A DNA stretch of 64,000 bases from an uncultured Hyphomicrobiales bacterium (GCA_964464375.1 CAYXFU010000012.1:15800-79799); one strand, 5' to 3'. Positions 9,367 to 19,322 are shown, numbered from the stretch's first letter. A program made the numbers and translations. Notes: generated by a model not told the origin, from the letters alone.

Positions 9367-9401
9367 AAAAAGCCATGCAATTCAATGAATTGCATGGCTT
9401 T
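9367..9401 (-). terminator. Terminator of the tRNA operon
   Basis: aaaaaagccatgcaattca..tgaattgcatggcttt hairpin. Confidence 0.75.
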
Positions 9402-9406
9402 AATTG

Positions 9407-9479
9407 CTGCCCTGTTAGGGCTCGAACCTAAACTCTTCTGATCCAGAATCAGACGTGTTGCCAGTTACACCACAGGGCA
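9407..9479 (-). tRNA. tRNA-Gln (CTG)
   Basis: Cloverleaf TGCCCTG..CAGGGCA; anticodon arm tctga-tt-CTG-ga-tcaga; GGTTCGAG T-loop. Confidence 0.95.
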
Positions 9480-9523
9480 ATAATAATTTTATGTCAATTT
9501 GCGCTACTTGCACATCCAGTGCG

Positions 9524-9596
<73 letters not shown>

Positions 9597-9656
9597 AGAT
9601 AAGAATTCAAAATTAAGGAGAAATTTTGACTTTGCAAAATATTTTTGAGATTTTTA

Positions 9657-11426
9657 TTAATCTTTTGCTATATTAATATGCAGTTCATTCAACTGCTTCT
9701 CGTCCACAAGTGAAGGACAGCCGTCCATCAGCGAGAGTCCGCTTGTTGTTTTCGGGAATGCAATAACGTCACGAATATTATCTGTTCCTGTCAGCATCAT
9801 CGTAATTCTGTCCAACCCGAGAGCGATACCTCCATGAGGTGGTGCGCCAAATTTCAGTGCATCCAGTAAGAACCCAAATTTTAGTTCAGTTTCATCCTCT
9901 GCCATGCCCAAAAGTTTGAATATCTTCTGCTGTACATCATTGCTATGGATACGGATAGAACCGCCGCCAACCTCTGCACCGTTAAGAACAATGTCATAAG
10001 CCTTGGCTCTGGCTTTTTCCGGAGCTGAGTCAAGAAGATGTAAATCTTCATCCATAGGAGATGTAAACGGATGGTGCATTGCAATATATCTGTTTTCTTC
10101 AGCATCATATTCAAACATTGGGAAATCGACAACCCAATGGAATGAGTATGTATTCTTCACTTTTTCAAAAATGCCTGTTCTGCGTGCGATTTCAAGTCTG
10201 AGTGCACCAAGAATTGTATAACATCTGGTCCAGCCATCAGCGGCTATCAGGAGTAAATCACCTTCCTCGACTTCCGCTGTGGCTTTAAGATAAGCAATAT
10301 TTTCTTCTGATAGGAATTTTGCAATCGGAGAATTTATCTGACCATCTGCAAATTTTATCCATGATAGTCCTTTTGCTCCATATTTCTTGGCAAATTCTGT
10401 CAGTTCGTCCAGTTGCTTGCGAGAGTAGTTGCCGCATCCTTTAGCATTGATAAGAGCAATCACTCCACCGGCTTCTGCCGTGTCCGAAAAGACCTTAAAT
10501 TCAGTTTTGTCTGCTATTTCAGTGATTGTTTTTATCTTCATTTCGAATCTCAGATCGGGCTTATCCGATCCATAATTCTCCATCGCATCGTGATAGCTCA
10601 TTCTGAGGAACGGAGTCTGTATCTGAACTCCGAGCTGTTCTTTCCACAGTCTTGCAAAGAAGCCTTCGATAACGGTTTGTACATCTTCCCTATCAACAAA
10701 TGACATCTCGACATCGACCTGAGTGAACTCAGGCTGACGATCGGAACGCAAATCCTCATCGCGGAAACACTTTACAATCTGCATATAACGGTCGAAACCG
10801 GACATCATCAGGATTTGCTTGTAAAGCTGTGGTGATTGTGGAAGAGCATAAAACTTCCCTTTGTGAATACGGCTGGGAACAAGATAATCTCTCGCTCCTT
10901 CGGGTGTTGATTTCATCAGAACTGGTGTTTCAATCTCAAGGAAATTCTGATCTGCAAAATAACTATGAACAACCTGATAGACATTATTTCTGACGATAAA
11001 ATTCTTCTGTAGAATTGGTCTTCTTAGGTCCAGATAACGGTATTTAAGCCTGAGTTCCTCGTTAGTCTCAATATCATCGCTGATCTCAAACGGAGGAAGC
11101 TCTGCTGTGTTTAAAATGCCAAATTCATCTATTAGGATTTCGATCAAGCCGGTTGGTATTCTCTGATTGGGATTCTCTCTCATTCGAACAGAACCCGAAG
11201 CCCAGATAACGAATTCCTGCTTCAGTTCCTTTGATCTTGCTGCGAGCTCAGGTTGCAACTCCGGATGGATGACTAGTTGTGTAATGCCGTATCTGTCGCG
11301 CAGATCTATAAATATTAATCCACCCATATCTCTGACGGTTGAAATCCAGCCGTTAAGAACAACTTTTTCACCGCTGTTTTCAGGTCTTAATTCGCCGCAT
11401 GTATTTGATCGTCTTGGGAATGACAT
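9657..11426 (-). CDS. aspS: Aspartate--tRNA ligase
   Basis: FIDLRDRYG, STPEGARDY, LPQSPQ, FRDEDLRSDRQPEFTQ, GAPPHGGIALGLDR. Start taken at MSFPRR. Confidence 0.98.
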   Translation of the reverse strand: MSFPRRSNTCGELRPENSGEKVVLNGWISTVRDMGGLIFIDLRDRYGITQLVIHPELQPELAARSKELKQEFVIWASGSVRMRENPNQRIPTGLIEILIDEFGILNTAELPPFEISDDIETNEELRLKYRYLDLRRPILQKNFIVRNNVYQVVHSYFADQNFLEIETPVLMKSTPEGARDYLVPSRIHKGKFYALPQSPQLYKQILMMSGFDRYMQIVKCFRDEDLRSDRQPEFTQVDVEMSFVDREDVQTVIEGFFARLWKEQLGVQIQTPFLRMSYHDAMENYGSDKPDLRFEMKIKTITEIADKTEFKVFSDTAEAGGVIALINAKGCGNYSRKQLDELTEFAKKYGAKGLSWIKFADGQINSPIAKFLSEENIAYLKATAEVEEGDLLLIAADGWTRCYTILGALRLEIARRTGIFEKVKNTYSFHWVVDFPMFEYDAEENRYIAMHHPFTSPMDEDLHLLDSAPEKARAKAYDIVLNGAEVGGGSIRIHSNDVQQKIFKLLGMAEDETELKFGFLLDALKFGAPPHGGIALGLDRITMMLTGTDNIRDVIAFPKTTSGLSLMDGCPSLVDEKQLNELHINIAKD

Positions 11427-11544
11427 CGAAATTCTCCGTTTGTGCAATAAATGAATCACAAAAATAAGAAACTTGCATCTTAATTTTCAGAAGTTTATTA
11501 ATTTGCTAAAACTTATTTAACGATTTCTTTTAAAAATTCAAAAT

Positions 11545-12069
11545 ATGAACAAAGCAATTTTATTCGATAGAGACGGTGTCATTAATTTCCGACCTGTGAA
11601 AGACTATGTGAAAACTCCTGAGGAATTTCATTTTCTGCCTGATTTTCTTGAATTCTTCAAGTGGATAAAGGAGAAGAATTATTCTGCAATAGTAATTACA
11701 AACCAGCAGGGAGTGGGGAAGGGACTGATGACCGAAAAAGAACTCGCAAGTGTTCATGCCTATATGCAAAGCAAACTTAAAGAGTTTACCGGATATAATT
11801 TTGATGATATTTATTTTTGCACTGATTTATCTGACTCGGGAAGCACAAGGCGCAAACCGGAAACCGGAATGATTGACGAAGCCGCTGAGAAGTGGGGCTT
11901 TGATCGAAGTATCAGCTGGATGATAGGCGACAGCAAGAATGATGTGATTGCAGGCAGGAATGCCGGATTGAGAACAATTTATCTGACTAATCATCTGACC
12001 GAACCCATTGAGCAGGCAGATTTTGTTTTCAAAAACCTGATAGATGCTATGAACACGATTGAGGTTTGA
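11545..12069 (+). CDS. gmhB: D,D-heptose 1,7-bisphosphate phosphatase (HAD IIIA)
   Basis: LFDRDGVIN, ITNQQG, RKPETGM, MIGDS..D. Confidence 0.85.
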   Translation: MNKAILFDRDGVINFRPVKDYVKTPEEFHFLPDFLEFFKWIKEKNYSAIVITNQQGVGKGLMTEKELASVHAYMQSKLKEFTGYNFDDIYFCTDLSDSGSTRRKPETGMIDEAAEKWGFDRSISWMIGDSKNDVIAGRNAGLRTIYLTNHLTEPIEQADFVFKNLIDAMNTIEV

Positions 12070-12238
12070 ATTATAGCAACATGAACAAAATTCAGTAGTA
12101 TTTGGTATAGGATAAGTAGAATAATTATCATACATTTGTTATTAACAAAATAGATATTCAAAGAAATCTGATTAATTTGAATGCATTAAATCAGGAGAGA
12201 GAAGTGGCACTTTTTTATAAAGAATTTGGAGGTGCATA

Positions 12239-13441
12239 TTGAAAAAAATGATTCTTGTTCTTTTATTTGCTTTAATGCAAGTATCCTATTCCCAGTGGGA
12301 GCAATCAAATGGTCCTTTTGGAGGTATTATTCTGTCTCTCGCCGTCAACGGAAATAATATTTTTGCAGGGACTGGTGAAGGTGTCTTTCTATCGACAGAT
12401 AACAGCATTAGCTGGACAGCAAAGAATTCGGGCTTGACTGATGCATATATCTTTTCATTAGCCATCAGCGGAAATAATATCTTTGCAGGGACTAAAAACG
12501 GTGTCTTTCTTTCGACAGATAACGGAACTAACTGGACAGCAAAGAATTCGGGATTGACTAATACAGATATCAGGTCATTAGCCATCAACGGAAATAATAT
12601 CTTTGCCGGAGCGGATGGCAGCGGTGTGTTTCTATCTACAGATAACGGAACTAACTGGACAGCAAAGAACTCGGGCTTGACTAATAAATATATCAAGTCA
12701 TTCTCCATCAGCGGAAATAATATCTTTGCCGGGACTAGTACCGACGGTGTGTTTCTATCTACAGATAACGGCAACAACTGGACTGCAAAGAATTTGGGCT
12801 TGACTAATAAATATATCTCATCAATAGCCATCAGAGGAAAAAATATCTTTGCCGGGACTGAATTTGAAGGTGGCGGTGTGTTTCTATCAACAGATAACGG
12901 TATCAGCTGGACAGTGAAGAATTCGGGCTTGACTAATAAATATATCCTGTCATTAGCCATCAGCGGAAATAATATCTTTGCTGGGACTTATGGTGGTGTC
13001 TATCTATCAACAGATAACGGCAACAGCTGGACAGAAAAGAATTCGGGCTTGACTATTACAACCATCACTTCATTAGCCATCAGCGGAAATAATATCTTTG
13101 CCGGGACTTTTGGCAACGTTGTATCCCGGGCAAAGCTGAGCGATTTTGGTATTAGTGATGTACAGGAAAGCTTTAAAATTTTGGGAGCAGAAATTAATAT
13201 TTTCCCTAATCCTTCAGAAAATACAATAAAGATCAAATATACGAACGATATGTCCGGGCAGGTTCAGATTACATTGACTGACATTAATGGTAATATTAAA
13301 ATGGAACGAGTACGGAATTCTGAAGTATTGGGTGAACAAACGGATATAATAGACACAAGTGCTCTTGAGTCTGGAACATACTTTGTGAAAGTCCAAGCCG
13401 GAAAAGTCAGCGGAGTAAATAAAGTCGTGATAGTGAAATAA
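12239..13441 (+). CDS. Secreted Asp-box/BNR beta-propeller protein with T9SS C-terminal domain
   Basis: About 7 near-identical ~40-aa repeats (GNNIFAGT..GVFLSTDNG.NWT.KNSGLT); CTD IFPNP...GTYFVKV...KVVIVK; SD GGAGG before TTG. Confidence 0.88.
   Translation: MKKMILVLLFALMQVSYSQWEQSNGPFGGIILSLAVNGNNIFAGTGEGVFLSTDNSISWTAKNSGLTDAYIFSLAISGNNIFAGTKNGVFLSTDNGTNWTAKNSGLTNTDIRSLAINGNNIFAGADGSGVFLSTDNGTNWTAKNSGLTNKYIKSFSISGNNIFAGTSTDGVFLSTDNGNNWTAKNLGLTNKYISSIAIRGKNIFAGTEFEGGGVFLSTDNGISWTVKNSGLTNKYILSLAISGNNIFAGTYGGVYLSTDNGNSWTEKNSGLTITTITSLAISGNNIFAGTFGNVVSRAKLSDFGISDVQESFKILGAEINIFPNPSENTIKIKYTNDMSGQVQITLTDINGNIKMERVRNSEVLGEQTDIIDTSALESGTYFVKVQAGKVSGVNKVVIVK
12325..13110 (+). repeat. Intragenic ~120-bp tandem repeats
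   Basis: ggaaataatatctttgc..ctatc.acagataacgg..tggacagcaaagaattcggg.ttgact recurs about every 120-129 bp. Confidence 0.85.
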
Positions 13442-13443
13442 TT

Positions 13444-13750
13444 GGTCAAACAAGGATGTTTGAACTACCAAATACACGTAGGACAAGCATCCTGCTTGTC
13501 CACCTATTTGTTTTGTAAACAAAATAAGTTGTGGTTCAGGAGGGCACAGCACGCTGTGCCCCTACAAAAACAGAATAAATTAGATTTCTCACTTCGTTCG
13601 AAATGACAATACAATAAATTCCTGCATTCGCAGGAAAGACAAGCTCATGACAGTATTTCACTTCGATATTCGGTGTTCAGTGTTAGTTATTCGATATTTG
13701 TATTCAAGAGAACTTCTACATAAAAATCATGTGAATCAAAGTTTAGACAA
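13444..13750. repeat. Mixed REP cluster (GTAG-type, TGTC-type and tcgatatt microrepeats)
   Basis: Hairpins at 13444-13468, 13478-13501, 13541-13565, 13582-13608 and 13619-13641. Confidence 0.75.
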
Positions 13751-13791
13751 AGGAATCAGATGATATTGAATATACAAAATTCACATCTTCA

Positions 13792-13887
13792 CTATTTTTC
13801 CTTAATGCATCGCACAGAAAAACCATAACCATTATCATAACTGTCAGATTCGATGTTGGTTGCAAAACTGATGACGCTGAGCCTGAG
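13792..13887 (-). pseudogene. Stranded C-terminal fragment of a FISUMP (Fib_succ_major) domain gene
   Basis: Reads LRLSVISFATNIESDSYDNGYGFSVRCIKEK*; GFSVRCIK is the typical FISUMP C-terminus; in-frame TAG immediately upstream. Confidence 0.6.
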
Positions 13888-13897
13888 CTATCCGGTT

Positions 13898-14275
13898 CTA
13901 CCAGATAGCCTGTTCGATATGATTCAGTTTGGGAGGAACTGATCTATCCCGAACGTCAATCGTAATTACATCGAATCTAATTTCTCTATTCGTGATTTTG
14001 TTGACATAAAGATAACCTTCAGCTGTTTTCCTCATACTCTGGACTTTTCGCGGATTAATCGCAAAAAGAGGATCGCCGTACTTATCGGAAGTTCTGTACT
14101 TCACTTCGACGAATACCAGTTTAGAGTTTTTCTCGGCAATAATATCAACTTCACCCACTCTGCCGAAAGTGAAGTTACGCTTAACGATCGTATAGCCGTT
14201 CTCTTCCAGGTACTTACCGGCGATATCCTCACCAATATATCCCTTTTCTCTAGTTGTTTGATTATTTGGTTCCAT
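13898..14275 (-). CDS. yraN: YraN family endonuclease-like protein
   Basis: G..GE..A..YL, GEVDII, LVFVEVK.R, RFDVI. Confidence 0.92.
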   Translation of the reverse strand: MEPNNQTTREKGYIGEDIAGKYLEENGYTIVKRNFTFGRVGEVDIIAEKNSKLVFVEVKYRTSDKYGDPLFAINPRKVQSMRKTAEGYLYVNKITNREIRFDVITIDVRDRSVPPKLNHIEQAIW

Positions 14276-14367
14276 AACAATTTAAGTTTATTATATTTCA
14301 AATCCAATATCGATAATCTTCATAAAATACATGCCAGAGCCAAGTTTGAGAAAACGATTGAAATGAA

Positions 14368-15198
14368 TTATTTCAATAATTTCTTTGTCAGATTCTGTTT
14401 GACTAATACCTTCATTTGTTCAATAGCTGTTTTGTTAAGTATTGTTAATCTTTCTTCAGGCAAAAGACCTTGTTTGATAATAACTGCATTTAAGCTCTCT
14501 AAATTCGTAAGAACAATCAATTGTTCCAATGTAGAATAGTCTCTGATATTGCCATCTGAATCGGGATTCTGATCTCTCCACTCTTTTGCTGTTTTTCCAA
14601 ACAATGCCAGATTCAACAAATCAGCTTCATTTGCATAAATATATTGCTGCTTCAAAATCGAAAGATCAGGCGGGATCAGATTATCCTTGATTGCATCTGT
14701 ATGAATATGATAATTAACCTTTGCCAAAGTTCTGGATAAATTCCATTCGAGTTTTAATCTGTCATTTTCTTCATCCTTGAGTCTTTGGAATTCCATTATT
14801 AGATATAACTTGAATTCAGCACTTATCCATGAGGCGAACTCAAAAGCAATATCCTTATGTGCAAATGTACCACCGCCATACCTTCCAGCCTTTGTAACCA
14901 TTCCAATTGCTTTTGTAGAATCAATCCATTTTTGTGGTGTTAATACAAAAGAATTTGAACCTGCTTCATTCTTAAACGTGTCGAATTCGACACGGTTAAA
15001 ATGTGGATTGTGTAGTATTTCCCAGAAACCTAAAAATTCAACAGTAAATCTCGTTTTCATCCAGTTTTGAACAACATATCTTGGTTCATCAGGATTTTTA
15101 GCTTTTGCTATGTCAGTAAGAGAGAGAAAATCATCTTGATTGTTTGTTATCAGAATTATTTCTGTTCCTTTAACTTTTATTTTAGTGGATTTGCTCAT
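14368..15198 (-). CDS. KilA-N domain DNA-binding protein
   Basis: SLTDIAK, NWM, GRYGGGTFAHKDIAFEFASWIS. Confidence 0.9.
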   Translation of the reverse strand: MSKSTKIKVKGTEIILITNNQDDFLSLTDIAKAKNPDEPRYVVQNWMKTRFTVEFLGFWEILHNPHFNRVEFDTFKNEAGSNSFVLTPQKWIDSTKAIGMVTKAGRYGGGTFAHKDIAFEFASWISAEFKLYLIMEFQRLKDEENDRLKLEWNLSRTLAKVNYHIHTDAIKDNLIPPDLSILKQQYIYANEADLLNLALFGKTAKEWRDQNPDSDGNIRDYSTLEQLIVLTNLESLNAVIIKQGLLPEERLTILNKTAIEQMKVLVKQNLTKKLLK

Positions 15199-15397
15199 AA
15201 ATTTACTTTCAGAAGTTTATCCTATTTCTTAATTATAAGTTTTTTGATAATCTTTTTATCTGCTTTTTATTAATTAGCATATCTCTATTCATGAAATTCT
15301 TAGATCGCTTTACTTATAGTTCTACAAAATTAAGGAAATTCACTTAACAATATTAAAAAGTAAATTTTTTTCCTCCTCACAAAATATTCCCGCAGTC

Positions 15398-15427
15398 TAT
15401 TCGTTTCGTCATTTAGCTAAATGAATA
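15398..15427 (+). promoter_or_regulatory. Putative ArsR operator
   Basis: Perfect 16-bp palindrome tcatttagctaaatga (15409-15424) within the imperfect IR tattcgtttcg..ctaaatgaata, directly upstream of arsR. Confidence 0.55.
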
Positions 15428-15439
15428 AACAAGAAAAAG

Positions 15440-15787
15440 ATGATGAGAGATAAAACTGAAATATTCAAGGCGATATCGGAGCCAAGCAGAGTTAGAATTC
15501 TAATGATGCTTCTCCAAAAGAAGCTCTGTGTCTGCGAGATCACTCACATTCTCGGGCTATCGACAGCTACTGCATCAAACCATCTGTCTCTGCTCAGGGA
15601 TAAAGGTTTCATCGAAGACGAGAAGCAGGGAAAATGGATAAACTATATGATAGCAGATAGTCCCAAAGATCCGATCGTGAAGCAGATATTATCGCAGATG
15701 CCGCTCTGGTTTGGAGATGATGATATTATTCAAAATGATCTGAAGCAGATAGCAACTGTTGACCGGATGGTTATTTGCTGTAGTTAA
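15440..15787 (+). CDS. arsR: ArsR/SmtB family repressor
   Basis: FKAISEPSRVRIL, LCVCEI, SNHLSLLR; C-terminal CC. Confidence 0.9.
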   Translation: MMRDKTEIFKAISEPSRVRILMMLLQKKLCVCEITHILGLSTATASNHLSLLRDKGFIEDEKQGKWINYMIADSPKDPIVKQILSQMPLWFGDDDIIQNDLKQIATVDRMVICCS

Positions 15788-15790
15788 GGC

Positions 15791-15884
15791 TGTCATTCCG
15801 AACATAGTGAGGAATCCATGTATTTGTATTGTCTCCGATAAACAGCCTGGATTCTCACGGTCGCTGCGCTCCCTCAGAATGACA
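15791..15884. repeat. TGTC-type REP inverted pair inside the ars operon
   Basis: tgtcattccgaac..ggaatcc...ggattctc..tcagaatgaca; near-identical copy at 2979-3073, partial copy at 49149-49183. Confidence 0.85.
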
Positions 15885-15918
15885 AGAAAAAAATATTTAT
15901 TAACATAGAAAAAAAATT

Positions 15919-16335
15919 ATGAAAAAACTAGTATTCTCAGTCATCGTGCTTGTGCTTATGATTGCATCTGTCGTAACTTCAGAAGCCAAAAAGGAAAAAC
16001 CTTACGTAACAATCAATGTTATGTATTTCCATGGTCCGACTAGATGCCAGGAATGTCTGCTGATCGAACAATTTACCCATCAGACCTTAACTTCCAACTT
16101 TTACAGAGAACTTCAATCATTGAAAGTAACATGGAAGACGGCTGACTTCACTTCAGATTCGACTATGGGGTACGAAGAGCACTACAAACTCGAGACTCAA
16201 ACTCTTGTTATAGCAAGAATTGAGAATGGAAAAGAAGTGAAATGGGTAAAGCTCGAGAAAGTGTGGGACTATCTAAAGGATTATCCAAAATTCGAAAAAT
16301 ATGTAAAAACAGCAATAAAAAAATTAATGAAATAA
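15919..16335 (+). CDS. Secreted thioredoxin-fold protein (ArsF-like, ars-operon associated)
   Basis: Signal peptide; YFHGPTRCQEC CxxC motif. Confidence 0.75.
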   Translation: MKKLVFSVIVLVLMIASVVTSEAKKEKPYVTINVMYFHGPTRCQECLLIEQFTHQTLTSNFYRELQSLKVTWKTADFTSDSTMGYEEHYKLETQTLVIARIENGKEVKWVKLEKVWDYLKDYPKFEKYVKTAIKKLMK

Positions 16336-16417
16336 AACTGATTTTTCTATCTACGTAGATTTGATAAAGCTATGAATACCTGCGCAAAAAAAATCTATTA
16401 ATATTAAGGAGCAAATC

Positions 16418-17221
16418 ATGCAAACAGACAATTCAATCAAAGAAATGGTACGCGACAAATACGCCCAAATCGCACTCGATACAATCGACTGTAAGACCAC
16501 AGGATGCTGCGGCAGCCACAGCTTGCCGGAAGTTTATAACATAATGAGTGATGATTACACAAAGCTCGAGGGATATGTCGAGGACGCAGATCTCGGTCTT
16601 GGTTGCGGTCTTCCGACGCAATATGCAAAGATATCCGAAGGAGATACAGTTCTCGATCTCGGGTCAGGAGCAGGGAATGATGTATTTATAGCAAGAAGCA
16701 TTGTTGGTGAATCCGGCAAGGTAATCGGAGTTGATATGACTCCCGAAATGATCTCCAGAGCCAGAGCAAATGCTGAAAAACTTGGATATACAAACGTTTC
16801 GTTCTTACTTGGCGAGATCGAGGCAATGCCCGTTGAACGTAACACTATCGATGTTGTCGTCAGCAACTGCGTACTGAATCTAATTCCAAATAAAAGGGAA
16901 GCTTTTTCTGAGATTTTCCGTGTGCTAAAAAGCGGCGGTCATTTCAGCATTTCCGACATTGTACTCAAAGGTGAGCTCAATCCTAAACTTCAGGCACCTG
17001 CTGAAATGTATGCCGGATGTGTAGCGGGAGCTATTCAAATGGAGGATTATCTTTCGACAATCACCGGAACAGGTTTTGTTAATCTGCGATTGGACAAGCA
17101 GAAGAAGATTGATATTCCGGATTCGATCCTGAGTCAGTATCTGGATCCTCAAGAATTATCTGAATACAGAAATTCTGATTTTGAGATAATCAGCATAACA
17201 GTTTATGCCGAAAAGCCGTAG
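16418..17221 (+). CDS. arsM: Arsenite methyltransferase
   Basis: LGLGCGLP, VLDLGSGAG, SNCVLNL, AGCVAGA; N-terminal CC. Confidence 0.92.
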   Translation: MQTDNSIKEMVRDKYAQIALDTIDCKTTGCCGSHSLPEVYNIMSDDYTKLEGYVEDADLGLGCGLPTQYAKISEGDTVLDLGSGAGNDVFIARSIVGESGKVIGVDMTPEMISRARANAEKLGYTNVSFLLGEIEAMPVERNTIDVVVSNCVLNLIPNKREAFSEIFRVLKSGGHFSISDIVLKGELNPKLQAPAEMYAGCVAGAIQMEDYLSTITGTGFVNLRLDKQKKIDIPDSILSQYLDPQELSEYRNSDFEIISITVYAEKP

Positions 17222-17228
17222 AAGTGGC

Positions 17229-17450
17229 TGTCTTACCTGCGAATGCAGGTATCTCTGTATTTGTAGGGACACGGCGTGCCGTGTCCTTGTTTTTATTCTA
17301 TTTCCAATGCTGGTATCTATTACTTTCTGTGCCGTTGGCACATCAGATCGGTAGAAAGACGTATCCCCACAAAATCATCTGCCGTCCCGTACGGGACGGA
17401 ACTAAACAGAAGAAGAACGATTTTCTACCGATCTGTTCTCACATCGGGAG
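17229..17450. repeat. Mixed REP cluster
   Basis: acctgcgaatgcaggt; gtagggacacggcgtgccgtgtcc; gtgcc-gtt-ggcac; gtccc-gtac-gggac; cagatcggtagaaa..tttctaccgatctg IR. Confidence 0.75.
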
Positions 17451-17458
17451 AGCAGATT

Positions 17459-18112
17459 TTATTTTAATAATATTACCTTCTTCATTAAATAGTTTTGAGG
17501 TGTTATAATATATAGGATATATTCGCCATTAGTATTTTTAGTTATATCAATATAATATGAAAACTGGTCAACATCAGATGAGAAAATTGTTTTACCACTT
17601 AAATCACTGACAAATATTTTATAGACTTGGAAGTCGCTTTTTTTAGTAAGTGTAATAATTCCGTTTTGATTCAAATAATTGAAATATTCGTCCAATTTAT
17701 TGTAATTATAATTATTATTACCGTAAGATTCTGGTATGGGGTCAATTATTAGCTTTTTTAATGCACTATTATAATATAACTTTGCTACTGCTTTATCCGA
17801 CAATCTTTCCTTAATTATATACAAAAAATCAGGACCCTCATAGGTGCCAGATATTAAATGGGCAGTATAAAAATCTTTTATAGAATTAATACCATAATTG
17901 TCGGTTAGAGAATATTGCCTTTGAAAATCACCTCTACACCAAATATAATAGAAGGAATAATCATATCTACCATCATAATTATCATCAGAAAGAATCATTA
18001 TATCAGAGCAAATATTTGATTTTTCTTCTATATATATCACTGTTGGCTTTTCAGCATTGAGGATATTTATAGTAAATATTAGTAGAATTATTATGAAAAA
18101 TATTCTGTACAT
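17459..18112 (-). CDS. AT-rich secreted protein with T9SS-type C-terminal domain
   Basis: Signal peptide; DDNYDG Ca-loop-like motif; C-terminal VSDLSGK..IDIT..NGEYIL..KKVILLK. Confidence 0.7.
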   Translation of the reverse strand: MYRIFFIIILLIFTINILNAEKPTVIYIEEKSNICSDIMILSDDNYDGRYDYSFYYIWCRGDFQRQYSLTDNYGINSIKDFYTAHLISGTYEGPDFLYIIKERLSDKAVAKLYYNSALKKLIIDPIPESYGNNNYNYNKLDEYFNYLNQNGIITLTKKSDFQVYKIFVSDLSGKTIFSSDVDQFSYYIDITKNTNGEYILYIITPQNYLMKKVILLK

Positions 18113-18173
18113 GATTATCAAAATAAATAAAATTATTATGTGTTACAATATTATAAATAAGACCAATTTAATT

Positions 18174-19322
18174 TTACCTCTTCACAGATGCAATCTGCTT
18201 TACAGCATCGATGAACACTTGAATCTCTTCTTCTGTTGTGAAGTAGGAGTAAGAAGCTCTGACTGTTCCCCAAGGATATGCTCCGATGGGCTTTAGTAGT
18301 AGTGGTGCACAATGCAGTCCCGTTCTGACCAATATATCAAAAGAACTGTCAAGAATATATCCCACTTCCTCGGGTACGATATGATCGATATTAAAACAGA
18401 AATTCGTAAATGAATTTCTCTTAGATAAGTTGTAACAAGTCAATCCTTCTATGTCTTTCAATTCAGAGTAAATCAAATCGAATAATTTCTTCTTATGGGT
18501 GTAAATTTTCTCCAAGCCAATTTCAAGAACCCAGTTAACACCTGTTAGGAGCGAAATTATCCCGGGATTGTTTGGTGTGCCTGCTTCATAATGAATTGGA
18601 AATCCCAGAGGCTGAAAAAGATTATCGCTGTGTATGCCGGTACCACCAACTTTCAGAGGCTTAATATATAAACCCTCTTTTACGACTAATCCTCCTGTAC
18701 CTTGAATCCCATAAAGAGATTTATGTCCTGTGAAAGCCATAAAATCCAGATCCCAACCATCAAAATCAATAGGTACATTGCCGGCAGACTGAGAAGCATC
18801 AACCAAAATAAGTGCACCATTTTCATGGGCGATTTTTGCAATCTCCTTAATATCTGCTATTGCTCCGGTTACATTGGAACAATGATTAACGGCAACAAGT
18901 TTAGTATTAGTCCTCATTGCCAATCGGATATTCTCCGGATCGATATTGGCATGTTCATCACAATCGACAATGGTTAATTCTATTTTTCCTTCAGATTCGA
19001 GCCTTTTGAGCGGACGGATAACAGAATTATGTTCCAGACTTGTAATCACAACATGTCCACCGCCAAGTTCAAGACCACTAATTACTGTATTCAGAGCTTC
19101 AGTACTACCGGATCCAAGAATAATCTGCAAAGGATTTGCTACCTTAAATAACTTCGACAAAGCAACTCTGCACTGATAAACATGGTCGCCTATGTCAGCT
19201 TTAAAACCGGTTCTTACGCCATGATGAGCTGGAACAGAAAGACTGTCGTTAACCGCATCAATTACACACTTAGGTTTAGGAAAACTTGTTGCTCCATTGT
19301 TCAGATATATCATTCTGTCCAA
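18174..19322 (-). CDS. Cysteine desulfurase family protein (class V PLP enzyme)
   Basis: YLNNGATS, EHNS, DASQ, TGHK, VRTGLHCAP. Confidence 0.9.
   Translation of the reverse strand: MDRMIYLNNGATSFPKPKCVIDAVNDSLSVPAHHGVRTGFKADIGDHVYQCRVALSKLFKVANPLQIILGSGSTEALNTVISGLELGGGHVVITSLEHNSVIRPLKRLESEGKIELTIVDCDEHANIDPENIRLAMRTNTKLVAVNHCSNVTGAIADIKEIAKIAHENGALILVDASQSAGNVPIDFDGWDLDFMAFTGHKSLYGIQGTGGLVVKEGLYIKPLKVGGTGIHSDNLFQPLGFPIHYEAGTPNNPGIISLLTGVNWVLEIGLEKIYTHKKKLFDLIYSELKDIEGLTCYNLSKRNSFTNFCFNIDHIVPEEVGYILDSSFDILVRTGLHCAPLLLKPIGAYPWGTVRASYSYFTTEEEIQVFIDAVKQIASVKR

Noticed and set aside
5700-9479. tRNA-anchored genomic island or prophage
   Set aside because: No integrase, no duplicated tRNA 3' end and no phage genes seen.
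12203-12222. sigma54 site tggcactttttta upstream of 12239
   Set aside because: It has the -24 TGGCAC but no -12 TTG; too weak.
12286-12960. 224-aa antisense repetitive ORF, or possible CRISPR-like array
   Set aside because: Shadow of the propeller repeats. The units are coding with no unique spacers, and no cas genes are present.
13792-15198. Complete diversity-generating retroelement or prophage (FISUMP tail, KilA-N)
   Set aside because: No reverse transcriptase, no TR/VR pair and no phage genes in the window.
17224-17508. 94-aa and 63-aa ORFs after arsM
   Set aside because: They span the REP cluster and overlap the convergent gene.
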